Assembly (NCBI GenBank): GCA_032718475.1
Contig: JAUCBJ010000852.1
Coordinates: forward strand, 18,907-82,906
DNA: 64,000 bases
Origin: Nemertoderma westbladi
Taxonomy: Eukaryota > Animalia > Xenacoelomorpha
Direction of reading: 5' to 3'
Of this stretch, positions 25,501 to 41,205 are shown in pieces (the stretch's first letter is position 1; each line of letters starts with the position of its first letter). Position numbers and translations under genes: made by a program. A model generated the notes under the pieces. The model was given only the letters and a program-made list of their open reading frames with translations. It was not told the origin of the DNA and did no database searches.

Positions 25501-26743
25501 ACATCGTTATGTGTACATCGTTCTATGTGTACATCGTTCTATGTGTACATCGTTATGTGTACATCGTTCTATGTGTACATCGTTATGTGTACATCGTTCT
25601 ATGTGTACATCGTTCTATGTGTATGTCGTTCTATGTGTACATCGTTCTATGTGTACATCGTTATGTGTACATCATTCTATGTGTACATCGTTCTATGTGT
25701 ACATCGTTCTATGTGTACATGGTCATATGTGTATGTCGTTCTATGTGTACATCGTTCTATGTGTACATCGTTCTATGTGAACATCGCTATGTGTACATCG
25801 TTCTATGTGTACATCGTTATGTGTACATCGTTCTATGTGTACATCGTTATGTGTACATCGTTCTATGTGTACATCGTTCTATGTGTACATCGTCATATGT
25901 GTATGTCGTTCTATCTGTACATCGTCATATGTGTACATCGTTCTATGTGTACATCGTACTATGTGTATGTCGTTCTATGTGTACATCGTTCTATGTGTAC
26001 ATCGCTATGTGTACATCGTTATGTGTGTACATGTTCTATGTGTACATCGTTATGTGTACATCGTTTTATGTGTACATCGTTCTATGTGTATGTCATTATA
26101 TGTGTACATCGTTCTATGTGTACATCGTTATGTGTACATCGTTCTATGTGTACATCGTTATGTGTACATCGTTCTATGTGTACATCGTTCTATGTGTATG
26201 TCATTATATGTGTACATCGTTCTATGTGTACATCGCTATGTGTACATCGTTATGTGTGTACATGTTCTATGTGTACATCGTTATGTGTACATCGTTCTAT
26301 GTGTACATCGTTCTATGTGTACATCGTTATGTGTACATCGTTCTATGTGTACATCGTTATGTGTACATCGTTATGTGTACATCGTTCTATGTGTACATCG
26401 TTATGTGTACATCGTTCTATGTGTATGTCATTATATGTGTACATCGTTCTATGTGTACATCGCTATGTGTACATCGTTATGTGTGTACATGTTCTATGTG
26501 TACATCGTTATGTGTACATCGTTATGTGTACATCGTTCTATGTGTACATCGTTATGTGTACATCGTTCTATGTGTACATCGTTCTATGTGTATGTCATTA
26601 TATGTGTATATCGTTATATGTGTATATCGTTATATGTGTATATCGTTATATGTGTATATCGTTATATGTGTATATCGTTATATGTGTATATCGTTCTATT
26701 TGTACATCGTTATGTGTACATCGTTCTATGTACATCGTTATGC
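19594..26743. repeat. ~7.1-kb satellite of 16-bp (TATGTGTACATCGTTC) and 14-bp variant units with higher-order duplications
   Basis: Direct periodicity; identical translated blocks recur at a 3844-bp offset. Confidence 0.97.
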
Positions 26744-27067
26744 ATAGGGGGAGGGGGGGGGGGGTACTTAAGAAAGAAAAGAGATTATACTCTACTAGAG
26801 GTACTAAAGATTATACAAACTCAGCATCTAATAAGGAGCACAAAGTATGGTGTAAGACAAAAATTCAACCATTAAATCAGATCCATTGATACAGACCATC
26901 AAGTAGGTAAGGCATTGCTTAGTTAACCTAATGATAGGGCAGATGAGTTAGTAGAGAGGAACAATTAATTAATTAATAATAAATACATATGCAATAAATA
27001 CAATATGGTACAGCATACCATGACCTACTATAGATACATTAGAAAAGATATAAACATAATATCACAA

Positions 27068-27108
27068 TCACAACGCGTTTCGAACTTATTAAATTCGTCA
27101 TCAGGTGA
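27068..27108 (-). ncRNA. Minimal type I hammerhead ribozyme (Penelope pLTR)
   Basis: Minus strand TCAC-C-TGATGA-CGAATTTAATAAGTTCG-AAACGCGTT-GTGA: CUGAUGA and GAAA core, stem II, palindromic stem III, stem I TCAC/GTGA. Confidence 0.8.
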
Positions 27109-27729
27109 GAACAATAATAAAACACAATCAGCAGTATTATTGTAGTACCAACGACAAGATAAACTTTAAAGTGTATCGGTACAGTAGAAAACTGCATAAT
27201 ATTTCAATTTGAATGTCCCTCCCAAATAATCCCAATTTGCATAATATTTCAATTTGAATGTCCCTCCCAAATAATCCCAATCCTTCAATCATTGTCTACA
27301 ACTCTGGTGACCCGTGGGTACCACCAGAGTTGTAGAGAGACTCCTAGCTCCGTTGCTACCTTGGAATGATACCGTGAGCTGCATCTGTATACTACTCTAA
27401 AATCTTCCACGGCTGGGCGTCCTTGGCTACATAAAGGCCAATGTTCAGATACAGTAGTGTTTCCAGCCGGTCGCCTATATTCACCAATCCGCTCATGATA
27501 AAGGCGCACTGTGTGGCCAATGTAATCCTTGTTACAGGATTGACAGTGGTATGAATATACCAAATTTGACCAGAGTGGTTGGGGAACACGGTCCTTATTG
27601 GGAAACAATTTGTGGATTTTATTCGACCTGAAACCGAACAAAAAACGATAACCCACAGGATATTAGAGAATATTATCCAGTTTCCTACTGTAGACTTTAC
27701 AGTTTATCTTGTCGTTGGTACTACAATAC

Positions 27730-27954
27730 GGGTCAGAGTAAAACGCGGATCCGGATCCGGATCCGGATTCTACACATTAACATTGTCCCTATGGAAGTCG
27801 ATTTTTTTTACATTTTTATAACTCCCAAAAATAAAACTATAAACTGTTCTATTGACTTTAGTTTATTGTTTTGGTTAAAATAACGTGCCACTGTAACCTG
27901 CTCCTTTCCCTAAGTGATAATTTTGGAATACGGATCCGCGTTTTACACCTACCC
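27730..27954. mobile_element. MULE-like MITE with 9-bp TSD CTACAATAC, inserted in the Penelope pLTR
   Basis: GGGTCAGAGTAAAACGCGGATCCG...CGGATCCGCGTTTTACACCTACCC; CTACAATAC at 27721-27729 and 27955-27963. Confidence 0.85.
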
Positions 27955-27974
27955 CTACAATACTGCTGATTGTC

Positions 27975-28015
27975 TCACCTGATGACGAATTTAATAAATT
28001 TGAAACGCGTTATGA
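27975..28015 (+). ncRNA. Minimal type I hammerhead ribozyme, second (inverted) copy
   Basis: TCACCTGATGACGAATTTAATAAATTTGAAACGCGTTATGA. Confidence 0.7.
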
Positions 28016-28219
28016 TTGTGATATATTATGTTTATATCTTTTCTAATGTTGTCACTTGCTTCTCTTGCATTTATCTACTATAGATACAGTTGTAGTAGGT
28101 GAACATAGAACGTCAATGACACTCAACAATGGAAATAATGAACGCATAAATAAACTACAATACTATATAGTACTCACCTCGTATGTGATTGGCTGGATAT
28201 ATACAACTATAGAACTTAC

Positions 28220-28398
28220 CTTGTCTCCTGATTGGGTAACGGAAATAGGAACTCCCTATCGAATCTACCGGGACGTCTGAGAGCGGGATCAATAGCGTCC
28301 AACCGATTTGTTGCTCCTATGACAACCACTTCACCACGGGAATCCAATCCATCCATGAGGGCTAACAGAGTACTCACAATGCTAGAGTGAATTTGATC
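28220..28398 (-). CDS. ATAD2: ATAD2-like AAA+ ATPase exon (sensor 1 / SRH / Arg finger)
   Basis: TTAG|GAT...AG|GTAAGT; [55 protein letters not shown]; phase 0 to 2. Confidence 0.93.
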
Positions 28399-28473
28399 CT
28401 AATAAAGAATAAATAATTTACATTTAATTATAACCCGAGCCGAACCCCAGTCGTCATGGAACTCGGCTCACAA

Positions 28474-31181
28474 CCATCGATTTGGAAGTGCGACAAGGTG
28501 CCCAGCCATCGATATAAACACACCTGTTTGGAACTGCGACAAGGTGCCCAGCCATCGATATAAACTCACCTGTTTGGAACTGCGACAAGGCGCCCAGCCA
28601 TCGATATAAACTCACCTGTTTGGAACTGCGACAAGGTGCCAAACCATCGATATAAACTCACCTGTTTGGAACTGCGACAAGGTGCGCAGCCATCGATATA
28701 AACTCACCTGTTTGGAACTGCGACAAGGTGCCCAGCCATCGATATAAACTCACCTGTTTGGAACTGCGACAAGGTGCCCAGCCATCGATATAAACTCACC
28801 TGTTTGGAACTGCGACAAGGTGCCCAGCCATCGATATAAACTCACCTGTTTGGAACTGCGACAAGGTGCGCAGCCATCGATATAAACTCACCTGTTTGGA
28901 ACTGCGACAAGGTGCCCAGCCATCGATATAAACTCACCTGTTTGGAACTGCGACAAGGTGCCCAGCCATCGATATAAACTCACCTGTTTGGAACTGCGAC
29001 AAGGTGCCCAGCCATCGATATAAACTCACCTGTTTGGAACTGCGACAAGGTGCCCAGCCATCGATATAAACTCACCTGTTTGGAACTGCGACAAGGTGCC
29101 CAGCCATTGATATAAACTCACCTGTTTGGAACTGCGACAAGGTGCCCAGCCATCGATATAAACTCACCTGTTTGGAACTGCGACAAGGTGCCCAGCCATC
29201 GATATAAACTCACCTGTTTGGAACTGCGACAATGTGCCCAGCCATCGATATAAACTCACCTGTTTGGAACTGCGACAAGGTGCGCAGCCATCGATATAAA
29301 CTCACCTGTTTGGAACTGCGACAAGGTGCCCAGCCATCGATATAAACTCACCTGTTTGGAACTGCGACAAGGTGCCCAGCCATCGATATAAACTCACCTG
29401 TTTGGAACTGCGACAAGGTGCCCAGCCATCGATATAAACTCACCTGTTTGGAACTGCGACAAGGTGCCCAGCCATCGATATAAACTCACCTGTTTGGAAC
29501 TGCGACAAGGCGCCCAGCCATCGATATAAACTCACCTGTTTGGAACTGCGACAAGGTGCCCAGCCATCGATATAAACTCAGCTGTTTGGAACTGCGACAA
29601 GGCGCCCAGCCATCGATATAAACTCACCTGTTTGGAACTGCGACAAGGCGCCCAGCCATCGATATAAACTCACCTGTTTGGAACTGCGACAAGGTGCCCA
29701 GCCATCGATATAAACTCACCTGTTTGGAACTGCGACAAGGCGCCCAGCCATCGATATAAACTCACCTGTTTGGAACTGCGACAAGGTGCGCAGCCATCGA
29801 TATAAACTCACCTGTTTGGAACTGCGACAAGGTGCCAAACCATCGATATAAACTCACCTGTTTGGAACTGCGACAAGGTGCGCAGCCATCGATATAAACT
29901 CACCTGTTTGGAACTGCGACAAGGTGCCCAGCCATCCATATAAACTCACCTGTTTGGAACTGCGACAAGGTGCCCAGCCATCAATATAAACTCACCTGTT
30001 TGGAACTGCGACAAGGCGCCCAGCCATCGATATAAACTCACCTGTTTGGAACTGCGACAAGGTGCCAAACCATCGATATAAACTCACCTGTTTGGAACTG
30101 CGACAAGGTGCGCAGCCATCGATATAAACTCACCTGTTTGGAACTGCGACAAGGTGCCCAGCCATCGATATAAACTCACCTGTTTGGAACTGCGACAAGG
30201 TGCCCAGCCATCGATATAAACTCACCTGTTTGGAACTGCGACATGGTGCCCAGCCATCGATATAAACTCACCTGTTTGGAACTGCGACAAGGTGCCCAGC
30301 CATCGATATAAACTCACCTGTTTGGAACTGCGACAAGGTGCCCAGCCATCGATATAAACTCACCTGTTTGGAACTGCGACAAGGTGCCCAGCCATCGATA
30401 TAAGGTCACCTGTTTGGAACTGCGACAAGGTGCCCAGCCATCGATATAAACTCACCTGTTTGGAACTGCGACAAGGTGCCCAGCCATCGATATAAACTCA
30501 CCTGTTTGGAACTGCGACAAGGTGCCCAGCCATCGATATAAACTCACCTGTTTGGAACTGCGACAAGGTGCCCAGCCATCGATATAAGCTCACCTGTTTG
30601 GAACTGCGACAAGGTGCCCAGCCATCGATATAAACTCACCTGTTTGGAACTGCGACAAGGCGCCCAGCCATCGATATAAACTTACCTGTTTGGAACTGCG
30701 ACAAGGTGCACAGCCATCGATATAAACTAACCTGTTTGGAACTGCGACAAGGTGCCAAACCATCGATATAAACTCACCTGTTTGGAACTGCGACAAGGTG
30801 CCCAGCCATCGATATAAACTCACCTGTTTGGAACTGCGACAAGGTGCCCAGCCATCGATATAAACTCACCTGTTTGGAACTGCGACATGGTGCCCAGCCA
30901 TCGATATAAACTCACCTGATTGGAACTGCGACAAGGTGCCCAGCCATCGATATAAACTCACCTGTTTGGAACTGCGACAAGGTGCCCAGCCATCGATATA
31001 AACTCACCTGTTTGGAACTGCGACATGGTGCCCAGCCATCGATATAAACTCACCTGATTGGAACTGCGACAAGGTGCCCAGCCATCGATATAAACTCACC
31101 TGTTTGGAACTGCGACAAGGTGCCCAGCCATCGATATAAACTCACCTGTTTGGAACTGCGACAAGGTGCCAAACCATCGAT
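28474..31181 (-). repeat. 46-bp tandem array (~59 copies): last 36 nt of the ATAD2 Walker B exon plus donor GTGAGTTTAT
   Basis: Minus-strand unit ATCGATGGCTGGGCACCTTGTCGCAGTTCCAAACAG|GTGAGTTTAT. Confidence 0.97.
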
Positions 31182-31311
31182 TTCATCAAAGAATATAATA
31201 CTGGGCCTCATAGTGTAAGCTTGGTCGAACAATAACCGTAGCTGACGTTCACTTTCTCCGACCCATTTACTCAACGTATCCGCTCCTTTTCGCATAAAAA
31301 ACGCAACTTTC
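31146..31311 (-). CDS. ATAD2: ATAD2-like exon (pore loop, Walker B)
   Basis: ACAG|G...CAG|GTGAGT; KVAFFMRKGADTLSKWVGESERQLRLLFDQAYTMRPSIIFFDEIDGLAPCRSSKQ; phase 2 to 0. Confidence 0.93.
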
Positions 31312-31629
31312 CTGTTGACAGAGTAACAAATACAACAAATAACAACAAAGTACAACTAAGTACAACAAGTGCAACAAATACACAAAGTAACAATTAAATT
31401 CAGTTAAATGGCTGTGAAACAATAACGGAACACCGTTAAGTACTACTACTACAAATAGGTCGAGTGAGCTCAATGGTCAAACATTCCGTAGACACACAGA
31501 ATAGGAATTTTATATAACGTTGATGAAAATATTGATAAAAGCAAATGAAAGTAGAACAATAAATAATGTAATTAACACGGCCAGATAGATGTATCTCAAC
31601 GTATTATATCTATCTGCCTCACATAATTA

Positions 31630-35095
<3,466 letters not shown>

Positions 35096-35175
35096 AAATT
35101 ACAAAAATATCCATTGTGTCAATTTCTCTGGATAATACAAACAGATTGTTCTAGAAGGTTTTTTCCCTTGCCTAC

Positions 35176-35735
35176 CTCCGGGTACACCAACGGGAACACG
35201 ACCATCTCCTTGAGGGACCGGATGTGTTCCTCGAGGCCGCCGACTGAATCGGCGAAGTTTATCGACCTGTCGACGTGCATGGGGTCTACGTCGGCGAGCG
35301 AGGTCCCGATCCGAGCGCGGTCTCGTTGCACCATACCCAGGTCCCCCGCCCGGTAGTTCATCGGGAGCAGTCGCTCCCTCGCCAGTTGCATGCTCTTCGC
35401 CTTTCGCCGCTGGAAGTCGCGCTCGTCCTCCTGCGTATCGTCCGCGTCGCTGTCGGTCGAGGTCGAGCTGCCCCGGCCCGCCGAGTGTTGACGGAGACCG
35501 CGGCCAGCGGATCGGCCCAGCGGCGGACGTTTACGGAAAGCCGGCGATCGAGGCGAGTGTTTCCTTAGCAACCGGGTGTGGCGACGGTCGCTACGCGGCT
35601 CGGAGCTCTCGTAGACCAGCCTCAGGGGGGCGTCTCTCCGCTCTCGGAGGTTGTACGTCCGACTCTCCTCCTCCTCGGAACAGCTCGACGATTCCGAAGA
35701 GGTTTCCTCGGCGTCCGACTCGCTCGGAACCGCAT
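35176..35735 (-). CDS. ATAD2: ATAD2-like exon (acidic/Ser-rich N-terminal region to start of AAA domain)
   Basis: TTTAG|AT...GAG|GTAGGC; RTYNLRERR...DERDFQRRKAKSMQLARERLLPMN...SLADVDPM...SVGGLEEHIRSLKEMVVFPLVYPE; phase 1 to 0. Confidence 0.92.
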
Positions 35736-36497
35736 CTAAAGAGAAACATCGAGACGATTAATTTAATAGTAACAGTTTTTTTTAATTTTAAAATAGCTAG
35801 CTAATTAAAAAAAATATATTTCTAAATAAATTTCTGAATACATTTAAATTAATACCCGGTATTGATTATAGAGTTTTTGTATAACGATGTAACTAATTAG
35901 TTTATTTATCCATTGGGTTACTTAATCTATTGGGTATTGGCTTTTTTTTCCTTTGGCACTTTGGATACGACATGGGTATCTACATTTTCAAGTTTCTTTT
36001 AACCCTGTGTATTTTATGTAAAACGTATGCATTGTACATTATTAATAATATATTATGATATATTTTACTTATAAATATGTTTTGTTCTAGAACAAATAAT
36101 GTTACTAGAGATGTTTTACATCAAACAGTTACGTTTTGGAGACATGGTAGCTAGTATTTTTGTACTAGCTAGTTTGTTAATTATATTTTGCATTGCCATT
36201 ATTAAATATGAATTATTAATTATTGTTACTTTTTAAATATACCTAATATGGAAAAACACATAATAGGGTTGAAAAAAAAATTCCATAAACACGTTAACAA
36301 ATTGTAAAAAGGTGTGCTGATCACGAATCTGAAAACCGTTTTTAAATTCATCGAGTTCCGGCTGAGATTGAGGGGTTTATACACGAGCGCGGGAAAATCT
36401 TAGTTTAAACGCTCTGATTTATTGTTCCATTTTCTGTTCCACTTTGTCGATAGGCAACGCTAACAACATTAATTAGCTAACAGCATACAGTTTACTA

Positions 36498-36780
36498 GGC
36501 TAGAGTTCCGTACGTCCCCCCATTTTTAAAATGACTTGAATTGCCCGTGTATTGTCATTTAATGTTATGGAATTGATTTTTTATACCTATAATATATACT
36601 ATATATACTAAATATATATATATATTATATATATTATATAGTATATATATATATACTATCTATATATATACTATCTATATATACTATATACTAATATTTG
36701 ATTAGTGTCGCTCAAGAAACATGGTGTTATGGTATAGTAAAAAAATCTCGCAAAATGGGGGGACGTACGGAACTGTTCCC
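36498..36780. mobile_element. MITE with GG termini and 8-bp TSD GTTTACTA (Merlin-like)
   Basis: GGCTAGAGTTCCGTACGTCCCCCCATTTT...AAAATGGGGGGACGTACGGAACTGTTCCC; TSD at 36490-36497 and 36781-36788. Confidence 0.75.
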
Positions 36781-37083
36781 GTTTACTATTGTTTGATGTA
36801 GGCTAATTTTAGTTATAAAGATTAAGATATTTAGGGAACAGTTCCGTATGTGCCAACATTTTCATTGTTTTTTTTTCAACAAATTGTCATGCTTTTTTGT
36901 CAAGTTTTTCTCTTGATAAATGTTCTAGAACGTATATTGAGTGTTCTAGAACTTAAAAAAAATGTTCTAGAACATTTTAATTATGAATTTTCGAGAAAAT
37001 AAATCACTTACTCTTAAAAGGAAAATTATTAAAAAAATTGTTCAATTTTAAAATTGTTTATGCTATTTTTCCTGCTTTTATTA

Positions 37084-38518
37084 CTAGAAAGGCATTTCCT
37101 AAAGGAAATGCAACAACGAAGTTAAGGAAAATTAGACACTCTTTGACTCATCAGTTCATTGATTTACCGAGTTAAAAGAACTCCCGGTATTGCCAAGGTA
37201 ACTGGACTTTTCTAGAAATGCTGAGTTTTACATTAAGATCTAGTTTGTGGTTCCAGGTTACACATCGACTTCAAGGAAGCTTCATTGAGTAGTTTATGTG
37301 CAAAATTAATTATTAATTTGTTAAAAAGTCTGTTTGCAGTGGTTGTCAAGGTAACTGGCAAATAGAACAACGTAGATTGGATGCAGAATAAGTGATATTA
37401 TGGTGGTAGGGGTTGGTCCCAAGTCATAATGCCTTTAACTTGTGTTTCTAATTATAATTTTTTAAATTATAACATCTGTTTAGCCTGTAACTGGATTTTC
37501 TAATTAACCACAATTGGCTCCTCTAAGGACCTTCCTTATAGTTGAGTTGGGAAACCCAATATTTATATCTAATACAGTTTTCCTACAAACAAGAGTTAAA
37601 AATATAGACTAATTTCTGATTATGTGTTTCTAATTATAATTTTTTAAATTATAACATCTGTTTAGCCTGGTTACCAAGGTAACTGGATTTTCTAATTAAC
37701 CACAATTGGCTCCTCTAAGGACCTTCCTTATAGTTGAGTTGGGAAACCCAATATTTATATCTAATACAGTTTTCCTACAAACAAGAGTTAAAAATATAGA
37801 CTTGAATGATATTGACTTTAATAAGCTCCAGTTACCATGGTAACTAGATATTTCTGGAATGTTTTGAGTTTCACTAAAAGTTCCAACTAGTGGTCCAGAT
37901 AACACATACCCAGTTTTGTAAAATTTTATCGTGAAGTCTATGTCCAAATGAATAATTGTTGTATAAAAACATCTGTTTTCAGCGGTTGTCATGGTAACTG
38001 CAAAATAGAACAATCAAATTCGGACGCAGAATAAGTTATATAGTGGGGGTAGGGATTGGTCCCAAGTCATCACACCTTAACCTTAGGCTTCAAATTAACA
38101 TTTTAAAAATTTTAACATCTGTTTAGCCCGGTTGCCAAGGTAACTGGATTTTCTATTTAACCTCAATCGGCTCTGCTATGGACCTTATAGTTGTGTTGAG
38201 AAACCCCAAGTTTATATGTATTATAGTTTTCCTACAAATAGAGTTACAAATATTGACTTGAAATACATAGACTTTTTTCTAAGTCCGTTGCCATGGAAAC
38301 CAGATTTTTCCTGGATATGAGACCCATCCCACACGACGCGCCTTGATGAGTTGTATATACATGCAAAATTTCAGGGTACTTTTAAAGGCTAGTTTTTTCA
38401 CCTATCAAAAAACACTAAATCTGCTCCATACAAGTAAAACAGCCCACTATGAATAGACCATCTCAGCTAAGGAAAATCTTTCTTAGCGAAAGTAGTTGAT
38501 TTTCCTTAGCTTCGTGGA
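37084..38518 (-). mobile_element. Non-autonomous Helitron, copy 1
   Basis: Minus strand A|TCCACGAAG...hairpin GCATTTCCTTTAGGAAATGC-CTTTCTAG|T; subterminal inverted repeats; internal diverged ~300-bp subrepeats. Confidence 0.8.
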
Positions 38519-38624
38519 TATTGACAAGAGATACAGACCATTTATTCAATGTTCTAGAACATGTACCAAATGTTCTAGAACATTTTTATTATAAATTTTG
38601 GAGAAAAAAGAATATTCTAGAATA

Positions 38625-39892
38625 CGAGAAAGGCATTTCCTAAAGGAAATGCAACCACGAAGCTAAGGAAAATTAAACAAACGGCCACAATTTGGTTCGT
38701 TGCTTAGCCTAGTTTAGTAGCATTTGCCAATAAATAACTTCTATTCCCATGGAAACTAGAGTTCTCTGGAACTGTTGGTTTTACCTTTGAAAAAAGATTC
38801 AGTCCAGATTGTTTTTCAGATAACACATCGAGTTTCAGAAAATATTGTAGTTTATGTCCAAATTACAGATTTTCTATCAAAATGCATCTGTTTGCAGTGG
38901 TTGTCATGGAAACTGAAAAATAGAACAATGTAATTCGGATGCAGAATAAGTCATATAGTGGGGGTAGGTGTTGGTCCCAAGTCATAATACTATTAAATTG
39001 TGCTTCAAATTATCATTTTATTAATTTTAACATCTGTTTACTCTTGTTGCTATGGTAAATGGATTTTCTAATTAACTTCGAACGGCTTGTATATGGACCT
39101 TATAGATGAGTTGCAAAACCCCAAGTTTATATATATTACAGTTTTTCTCCAAATAGAGTTATGATTATAGACTTGAATGATATATAACTTTAAAAAAACT
39201 ACAGTTACCATGGTAACTAGATATTTCTGGAATGTTTTGAGTTTCACTAAAAGTTCCAACTAGTGGTCCAGATAACACATACCTAGTTTCGTAAAATTTT
39301 ATCGTGAAGTCTATGTACAAATGAATAATTTTCGTATAAAAACATCTGTTTTCAGCGGTTGTCAAGGTAACTGCAAAATAGAACAATCAAATTCGGACGC
39401 AGAATAAGTTATATAGTGGGGGTAGGGATTGGTCCCAAGTCATCACACCTTAACCTTAGGCTTCAAATTAACATTTTAAAAATTTTAACATCTGTTTAGC
39501 CCGGTTGCCAAGGTAACTGGATTTTCTATTTAACCTCAATCGGCTCTGCTATGGACCTTATAGTTGTGTTGAGAAACCCCAAGTTTATATGTATTATAGT
39601 TTTCCTACAAATAGAGTTACAAATATTGACTTGAAATACATAGACTTTTTTCTAAGTCCGTTGCCATGGAAACCAGATTTTTCCTGGATATGAGACCCAT
39701 CCCACACGACGCGCCTTGATGAGTAGTATATACATGCAAAATTTCAGGGTACTTTTAAAGGCTAGTTTTTTCCCCGACCAAAAAACCCCAAATCTGCCTC
39801 CATACAAGTAAAATAGCCCACTATGAATAGACCATCTCAGCTAAGGAAAATCTTTCTTAGCGAAAGTAGTTGATTTTCCTTAGCTTCGTGGA
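38625..39892 (-). mobile_element. Non-autonomous Helitron, copy 2
   Basis: Same termini (3' CTAG mutated to CTCG) and the same internal sequence family. Confidence 0.8.
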
Positions 39893-39942
39893 TCTTAAGA
39901 ATATTATGATTGTTTATAGAACCAATGGAATCGACTATTATA

Positions 39943-41205
39943 CTAGAAAGGCATTTCCTAAAGGAAATGCAACCACGAAGCTAAGGAAAATTAAACAAAC
40001 GGCCACAATTTGGTTCGTTGCTTAGCCTAGTTTAGTAGCATTTGCCAATAAATAACTTCTATTCCCATGGAAACTAGAGTTCTCTGGAACTGTTGGTTTT
40101 ACCTTTGAAAAAAGATTCAGTCCAGATTGTTTTTCAGATAACACATCGAGTTTCAGAAAATATTGTAGTTTATGTCCAAATTACAGATTTTCTATCAAAA
40201 TGCATCTGTTTGCAGTGGTTGTCATGGAAACTGAAAAATAGAACAATGTAATTCGGATGCAGAATAAGTCATATAGTGGGGGTAGGTGTTGGTCCCAAGT
40301 CATAATACTATTAAATTGTGCTTCAAATTATCATTTTATTAATTTTAACATCTGTTTACTCTTGTTGCTATGGTAAATGGATTTTCTAATTAACTTCGAA
40401 CGGCTTGTATATGGACCTTATAGATGAGTTACAAAACCCCAAGTTTATATATATTACAGTTTTGCTAGAAATAGAGTTATCAATATAGACTTGAATGATA
40501 TAGAGTTTAATAAACTACAGTTACCATGGTAACTAAATTTCTGGAATGATTTAAGTTTCACTAAAAGTTCCAACTAGTGGTGCAGATAACACATACCCAG
40601 TTTTGTAAAATTTTATCGCGAAGTCTATGTCCAAATGAATAATTTTTGTATAAAAACATCTGTTTTCGGCTGTTGTCATGGTAACTGAAAAATAGAACAA
40701 TGTAATTCGGATGCAGAATAAGTTATATAGTGGGGGTAGGGGTTGGTCTCAAGTCATAACACCTTGCCCTTAGGCCTCAAATTATCATTTTATAAATTTT
40801 AACATCTGTTTATCCCGGTTGCCAACGTAACTGGATTTTCTATTTAGCCTCAATCGGATCTGCTATGGACCTTATAGTTGTGTTGCAAAACCCCAAGTTT
40901 AAATCTATTATAGTTTTCCTACAAATAGAGTTATAAATATTGACTTGAAATACATAGACTTTTTTTGAAGTCCGTTGCCATGGAAACCAGATTTTTCCTG
41001 GATATGAGACCCGGCCCAAAAGATGCGCCTCGCCGAGTAGTATATACATGCAAAATTCCAGGGTACTTTTAAAGGCTAGTTTTTTCGCCTATCAAAAAAC
41101 CCCAAATCTGCCTCACACAAGTAAAATAGCCCACTATGAATAGACCATCTCAGCTAAGGAAAATCTTTCTTAGCGAAAGTAGTTGATTTTCCTTAGCTTC
41201 GTGGA
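39943..41205 (-). mobile_element. Non-autonomous Helitron, copy 3
   Basis: Same 5' TC, 3' hairpin and CTAG, inserted between A and T. Confidence 0.8.

Larger units (their letters stand above)
27030..28050 (-). mobile_element. Truncated Penelope-like element: GIY-YIG fragment (27285-27656) between inverted pLTR copies
   Basis: NLVYSYHCQSCNKDYIGHT...RIGEY; 27038-27172 is the reverse complement of 27693-28049 once the internal MITE is removed. Confidence 0.8.

Noticed and set aside
19618-26889. Many long Cys/Val/Tyr-rich ORFs (up to 785 aa)
   Set aside because: Artefact of a 16/14-bp satellite lacking plus-strand stop codons; the same peptide appears in all three frames.
28178-28219. Second donor-like GAG|GTGAGT 42 nt downstream of the 28220 donor
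   Set aside because: The intervening sequence does not encode the expected ATAD2 continuation and is too short for an ordinary intron plus exon.
28454-31145. Short ORFs repeating APCRSSKQ as a protein repeat expansion
   Set aside because: The unit is 46 bp (not a multiple of 3) with recurring stops; these are intronic copies of the exon end.
37696-41049. Short ORFs (105, 73, 69, 63 aa) in repeated blocks
   Set aside because: They lie within non-coding Helitron subrepeats and have no recognisable domain.
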